A program made the translations under genes and the position numbers. A DNA stretch of 64,000 bases from Bdellovibrionota bacterium FG-1 (GTDB taxonomy: Bacteria; Bdellovibrionota; UBA1018): positions 140,148 to 204,147 of the forward strand of contig JBBCAW010000008.1 of assembly GCA_051382295.1 (NCBI GenBank). The letters run 5' to 3'. Below the pieces are notes generated by a model that saw only the letters and a list, made by a program, of their open reading frames with translations, was not told where the DNA came from and searched no databases. Positions 60,135-64,000 of this stretch are shown one piece after another (position 1 is the stretch's first letter; each line of letters opens with the position of its first letter).

Positions 60135-60141
60135 ACAATAG

Positions 60142-61083
60142 GGTCCTTGTACTCCAGAAAAAGAGAAAAAACCCATCATCATCGATGAGGTTCAAACAGT
60201 TCCCGATTTACTCGATGAAGTCCATTCGATCATCGAAGACCTTCACATTCAATTTGCACTTTGTGGATCAAGTGCCCGCAAGCTCAAGCGGGGTCATGCA
60301 AATCTCCTCGGAGGACGAGCCCTCCGCTTTGAACTCCATGGGCTGTCCGCCATGGAGATAGGAAGCTCTTGGTCCTTAGACCGAATGCTCAATCACGGCT
60401 ATTTACCCCGAATGTATGATCACTTCAATCCAAAAGCGGCGTGGCGAGCCTATGTCCAGGATTACCTAAAAGAGGAAATCCTGGAGGAAGGATTGGTCCG
60501 AAGCCTTCCTCCCTTTAATCGGTTTTTGGAGCTTGCAGTCCTTTCAGATACGGAAATGGTTTCCTGGCAAAGTTTCGCGCGCGATGTGGGTGTTTCTGCC
60601 GAAGGAATCAAAGGTTACTTTGATATTCTTTCTGACACCAATGTCGGCCGTTTTTTGCCTTGTTTTCAATTGAGACCAAAACGCCGAACGAGACATCAAC
60701 CCAAGTTCTATTTTTCGGACGTCGGGATTGTTAACAGCTTGGCGAAGAGGGGCACCTTAACGGAAGGTTCGGAGCTTTTTGGCAAAGCCTTTGAAAACTG
60801 GGTTTTCCATGAACTCCGGTGTTACAGAGCTTACGCAAACCCCGAGGCAGATCTCTTTTATTGGGCCTTAACCACGGGCATTGAAGTCGATTTTATTGTA
60901 AGCACGGGAAAGGCATTTTCAGCCATTGAGGTAAAAGCCTCCTCACGAATTCACTCAGACCACCTTAAAAGTCTCAGAGCGTTCAAAGAAAAATACCCCG
61001 ACTGCAAAAATCTCAATTTAAAAGGTTTCTGCCGCCGAATACGCCAGGCGGCACTCCATACAAGGTACCAACTCGATCTCTGA
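60142..61083 (+). pseudogene. AAA_14 + DUF4143 ATPase remnant lacking start codon and Walker A
   Basis: After an in-frame TAG (60139-60141) the frame reads KPIIIDEVQ...LCGSSARKLKRGHANLLGGRA, then KFYFSDVG, EVDFIV, AIEVKAS. Confidence 0.8.
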
Positions 61084-61773
61084 ATCAATCGTCGAGTACA
61101 AGCCCACCGTCCGCGAGCTAGCTCCCGGCCAACTGTCATTTTCGAGATAAGGCCCAATCTTCGCCGTCATGACCGTACCATCGACATGGCCATTTCCAAA
61201 AACGTGTCCCACTTCGTGCAGTACCAAACCCGCCAACGCGTCGGCCGTCGCCGAGGACCACTTCGGAATCCCGCGCTGCGGGTCAATAAATCCAGGGGGC
61301 GCAATCCAAACGATGCCCTTCGCTTTTCTGGGTGGGTTTACATATTGGCCCCCCTCTTGCGTTAACTGCGCAAATCCAAACGGCCTCGAATATTGCGTTT
61401 GATACCGCTTGACCTCGTCATTTTCGACCCCGAAATAAAAGGTCAGATCTTCGTCTCCTTGGCAAACTGGACGCACATCCAAGTTCGATCGAATCGTTTC
61501 ATCGCTTGGAACAATATTGAGACGCTTGAGTGGAATGTAATCCCGCCACTGCTTAAATGCATCGCGGATGATCGTGGCTAATTGGCCATCTTCCAAGCCA
61601 AAATCCGGCACCTTCTGAAAACAAGCCACCACAGGTTGGCCCTCTGGATACCAAGCCCGAAAAAAAGCGGGGACCACGCGGTAATCGTCCGCGCCACCCC
61701 CACTGCTTTCGCCGCCGGCCCAAGCTGATGACACTCCCAAAAACCCAAGGGCTACGACTAAGATCCGTTTCAT
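61018..61773 (-). CDS. secreted metzincin-like metalloprotease with Gly-rich post-signal motif
   Basis: Signal ending AWA, then GGESSGGG; HEVGHVFGNGH (HExxHxxGxxH) followed by a Met-turn candidate TVM. Confidence 0.75.
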   Translation of the reverse strand: MKRILVVALGFLGVSSAWAGGESSGGGADDYRVVPAFFRAWYPEGQPVVACFQKVPDFGLEDGQLATIIRDAFKQWRDYIPLKRLNIVPSDETIRSNLDVRPVCQGDEDLTFYFGVENDEVKRYQTQYSRPFGFAQLTQEGGQYVNPPRKAKGIVWIAPPGFIDPQRGIPKWSSATADALAGLVLHEVGHVFGNGHVDGTVMTAKIGPYLENDSWPGASSRTVGLYSTIDSEIELVPCMECRLAYSAAETF

Positions 61774-62768
61774 TTCCATTCTCCACGAATCGCGTTTTTA
61801 AAAGCAATCAAGGCCTCGCGAAACTTTGCCTGCGCAATGTCCTTTTCGCCCGCACTGCCGTTTTGAACACCGATCAAATTCTGCATCAATGTACCTTTCA
61901 AACGATCCATATTCGCCAACGAAATCTTGTGAAAAGCCTCGGTCTCAGCACTCACTTGATAATCCGAAAAAGTAATGCGCCCTTTTCCTGGAACGATATA
62001 AAAATCATGCTCATCGATTTCATCTCGAGGAATAAAGCCGCTCATTTCGGGGCTGCTGACAATCAGCTCGCGGACCTTATCCCCTTCCTTTTTAACTTCA
62101 ATCTGCACGCGATCATAGGAAGGAAGCGTGTTCTTCCATTGAGCGATCATCTTTTTTTCGTAATCTATTTGTCCTTCATAATTAGGACATTCCCCAGTCT
62201 CCACACAATGCAAGTAATCCTCTCGCTTTTGAATTTCATAGACCACCATATCCTTGGCCAAACTCTGCCCCGAGATCAACAACGTCTGCACCTGCTCAAG
62301 CGAAGTCACCACCGCGAGCCGTTTAAAATGCGCCAAATAACGTTCTCGAAACTTCGGATAAATGTCATGATCCGAGGTCCGTCGCAGAGCAATGTAACCC
62401 GCATAGCGGATCATCGCCAAAACATCAGTCCGAACGGTGCCCTTTGCCGACATCGTCAAGCCCGAATGCCCCGGAGTGCGATCCGCGACGTACGTCGACG
62501 AAGCCGTCGCATCGGCATGGCCGCCATCGAGCCATGGAGTGTTTTTGATCGAACCTTGAAGGTCATACTTGAGCTTCTCTGCTTTGACGTCGCAGAAGGC
62601 TTCGTCAAAACGAGGGTAAGCAAAATCCACCAGCTCATCCGCCGACGTAACCGCGTCGACCAAACTTTGAAGCACCGGATTAGCGGCGTGAAAATTGACC
62701 TCCTCCGCATAAACCGAACCTATCGTTACTAGAGCAATGGCACAGGTGAACCCAATCAATTTCTTCAT
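61770..62768 (-). CDS. hypothetical secreted protein
   Basis: MKKLIG...VYA signal; stop overlaps the next start (ATGA). Confidence 0.7.
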   Translation of the reverse strand: MKKLIGFTCAIALVTIGSVYAEEVNFHAANPVLQSLVDAVTSADELVDFAYPRFDEAFCDVKAEKLKYDLQGSIKNTPWLDGGHADATASSTYVADRTPGHSGLTMSAKGTVRTDVLAMIRYAGYIALRRTSDHDIYPKFRERYLAHFKRLAVVTSLEQVQTLLISGQSLAKDMVVYEIQKREDYLHCVETGECPNYEGQIDYEKKMIAQWKNTLPSYDRVQIEVKKEGDKVRELIVSSPEMSGFIPRDEIDEHDFYIVPGKGRITFSDYQVSAETEAFHKISLANMDRLKGTLMQNLIGVQNGSAGEKDIAQAKFREALIAFKNAIRGEWK

Positions 62769-62928
62769 GGCTTTGATCTCCCGATCGTTTGAAGTTAAAC
62801 ACGAACATCATTGTTCTTGTACTGTTATCGCCGGGATAGAGGCCTCAAAACAGGATAAGTTAATTAATTATCGCCCATTTGCTTGAGTTTTAGTTAATAT
62901 ACAAACAAGAGGGAACACCGCTCCGTTT

Positions 62929-63729
62929 ATGCCAAAATCGATCTTCGATTATCAAAATTACAAAGCCTATCTAGTGGATTGGGTTGAGGAAAAAGGCCGC
63001 GGTGAGCGTTCCAAGATCGCCTCCGTTCTCCGTTGTCACCTCGCCTATGTGTCCCAGGTTCTCAACGACGACGCCCAACTCAGCCTCGAACAGGCCGATC
63101 AACTCAACACCTACCTTGCACATTCAGAGGACCAGGCCGAGTTCTTTTTATTGCTCGTTTCTTTGGAACGCGCGGGAACCGCCTCGCTTCGAAAACTTTA
63201 CGAAACGAAAATCAAACGAATCCTCCACGAGCGGACCTTGCTTGAAAATCGCCTCAAAAATAAAAAGGTTCTGCCCGCCGAAAGTCAGGCGATTTATTAT
63301 ACCGCTTGGTACTATTCCGCCATTCATCTCCTCATTTCAATTCCAGGTTTTCAAACCAAAGAGGAGATCGCCCGACACCTTCGATTGCCCATGAATCAGA
63401 TCAATCAGGCCCTCGAATTCCTAGTTGCAACCGGGCTGGCGGAGTTCAACAAAGCGCGATACCAGTCAGGCCAAGTCACCCTTCACCTCACCAATGATTC
63501 GCCTTGGTTACCTCGTTACCATTCGAACTGGCGCCTGCAAGCCATTCAATCGCTGGATCGACCGCAAGAAAACCAACTCAATTATACCTCTGTCGTGAGT
63601 ATGTCCGAGGAAGACGCGCCCGCGATCCGAAAAATCCTGATCGAAGCCATCGAGCAAGTGCGAGCCGTCGTCCGAAAATCTCCCGAAAAAGGCGCGTATT
63701 GTTACACCGTCGATTTTTTTACAATTTAA
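62929..63729 (+). CDS. TIGR02147/DUF4423-family HTH protein (copy 2)
   Basis: SIFDYQNYKAYL, YVSQVLN, YYTAWYYSAIH, HSNWR, YCYTVDFF. Confidence 0.85.
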   Translation: MPKSIFDYQNYKAYLVDWVEEKGRGERSKIASVLRCHLAYVSQVLNDDAQLSLEQADQLNTYLAHSEDQAEFFLLLVSLERAGTASLRKLYETKIKRILHERTLLENRLKNKKVLPAESQAIYYTAWYYSAIHLLISIPGFQTKEEIARHLRLPMNQINQALEFLVATGLAEFNKARYQSGQVTLHLTNDSPWLPRYHSNWRLQAIQSLDRPQENQLNYTSVVSMSEEDAPAIRKILIEAIEQVRAVVRKSPEKGAYCYTVDFFTI

Positions 63730-63752
63730 TTTCAAAACGGTAAGATCCAGTC

Positions 63753-63983
63753 ATGACCCAGCTTGATCCCTTCACTTCAAGACGAATCACCCGCTTCATC
63801 GAGGACTGTCGCGCCCGACAAGGTCAGCTCCCCACCCTCAAGGATCTGCGCGAAGGTGGTTTTCCGGAATCAACCATCGACCTCGCCCTCAAGGCCAGGT
63901 TGATCGAAAGTTTCTATGTCACCCTCACCAATGGAAACATCGTCAAAGGTTACAAAATCGTCGCGCCAGCAGTTTCCAAATAA
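63753..63983 (+). CDS. small hypothetical protein, winged-helix-like
   Basis: 76 aa; GQLPTLKDL...FYVTLTNGNIVKGYK. Confidence 0.55.
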   Translation: MTQLDPFTSRRITRFIEDCRARQGQLPTLKDLREGGFPESTIDLALKARLIESFYVTLTNGNIVKGYKIVAPAVSK

Positions 63984-64000
63984 GGTGCCCGCCCCCGTAC

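Noticed and set aside
61728..62732. 334-aa plus-strand ORF
   Set aside because: Antisense shadow of the 61770-62768 gene, which has a signal peptide and stop/start coupling; the shadow has no motif.
1..64000. CRISPR array, rRNA or tRNA genes
   Set aside because: No regularly spaced repeats or RNA gene signatures were seen in the intergenic regions.

Overview
64-kb bacterial chromosomal window, most consistent with a Bdellovibrionota/Oligoflexia-like organism. This is inferred from two TIGR02147/DUF4423-type HTH genes, secreted proteins with a Gly-rich motif after the signal peptide, a Hypr-type GGDEF gene, and a cbb3 operon with fused ccoNO. Core blocks are fabI-add, an HDOD/PAS-kinase/sigma54-regulator/GGDEF locus, an isc operon (iscR-iscS-iscU-iscA-hscB-hscA-fdx), psd-proC-kdsC, kdsB-pyrG-kdsA, and a cbb3 oxidase operon (ccoI-S-NO-Q-P-G-dsbD-like; ccoS and ccoQ found by hand). 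Two accessory regions (about 18.9-25.8 kb and 58-64 kb) hold truncated genes, toxin-antitoxin-like modules, palindromic operators and an exact 24-bp direct repeat. The most notable locus is at 51.6-58.0 kb. There a REC-GGDEF protein with the Hypr signature (Thr in place of the guanine-selecting Asp, so a predicted 3',3'-cGAMP synthase) is followed 2 bp later by a calcineurin-like metallophosphoesterase. It is preceded by an AglZ/FrzS-like receiver-coiled-coil protein and a HAD-IIA phosphatase, with a second adenosine deaminase divergent from them. I saw no rRNA, tRNA, CRISPR array, integrase or transposase. All calls come from reading motifs by eye; no searches were run.
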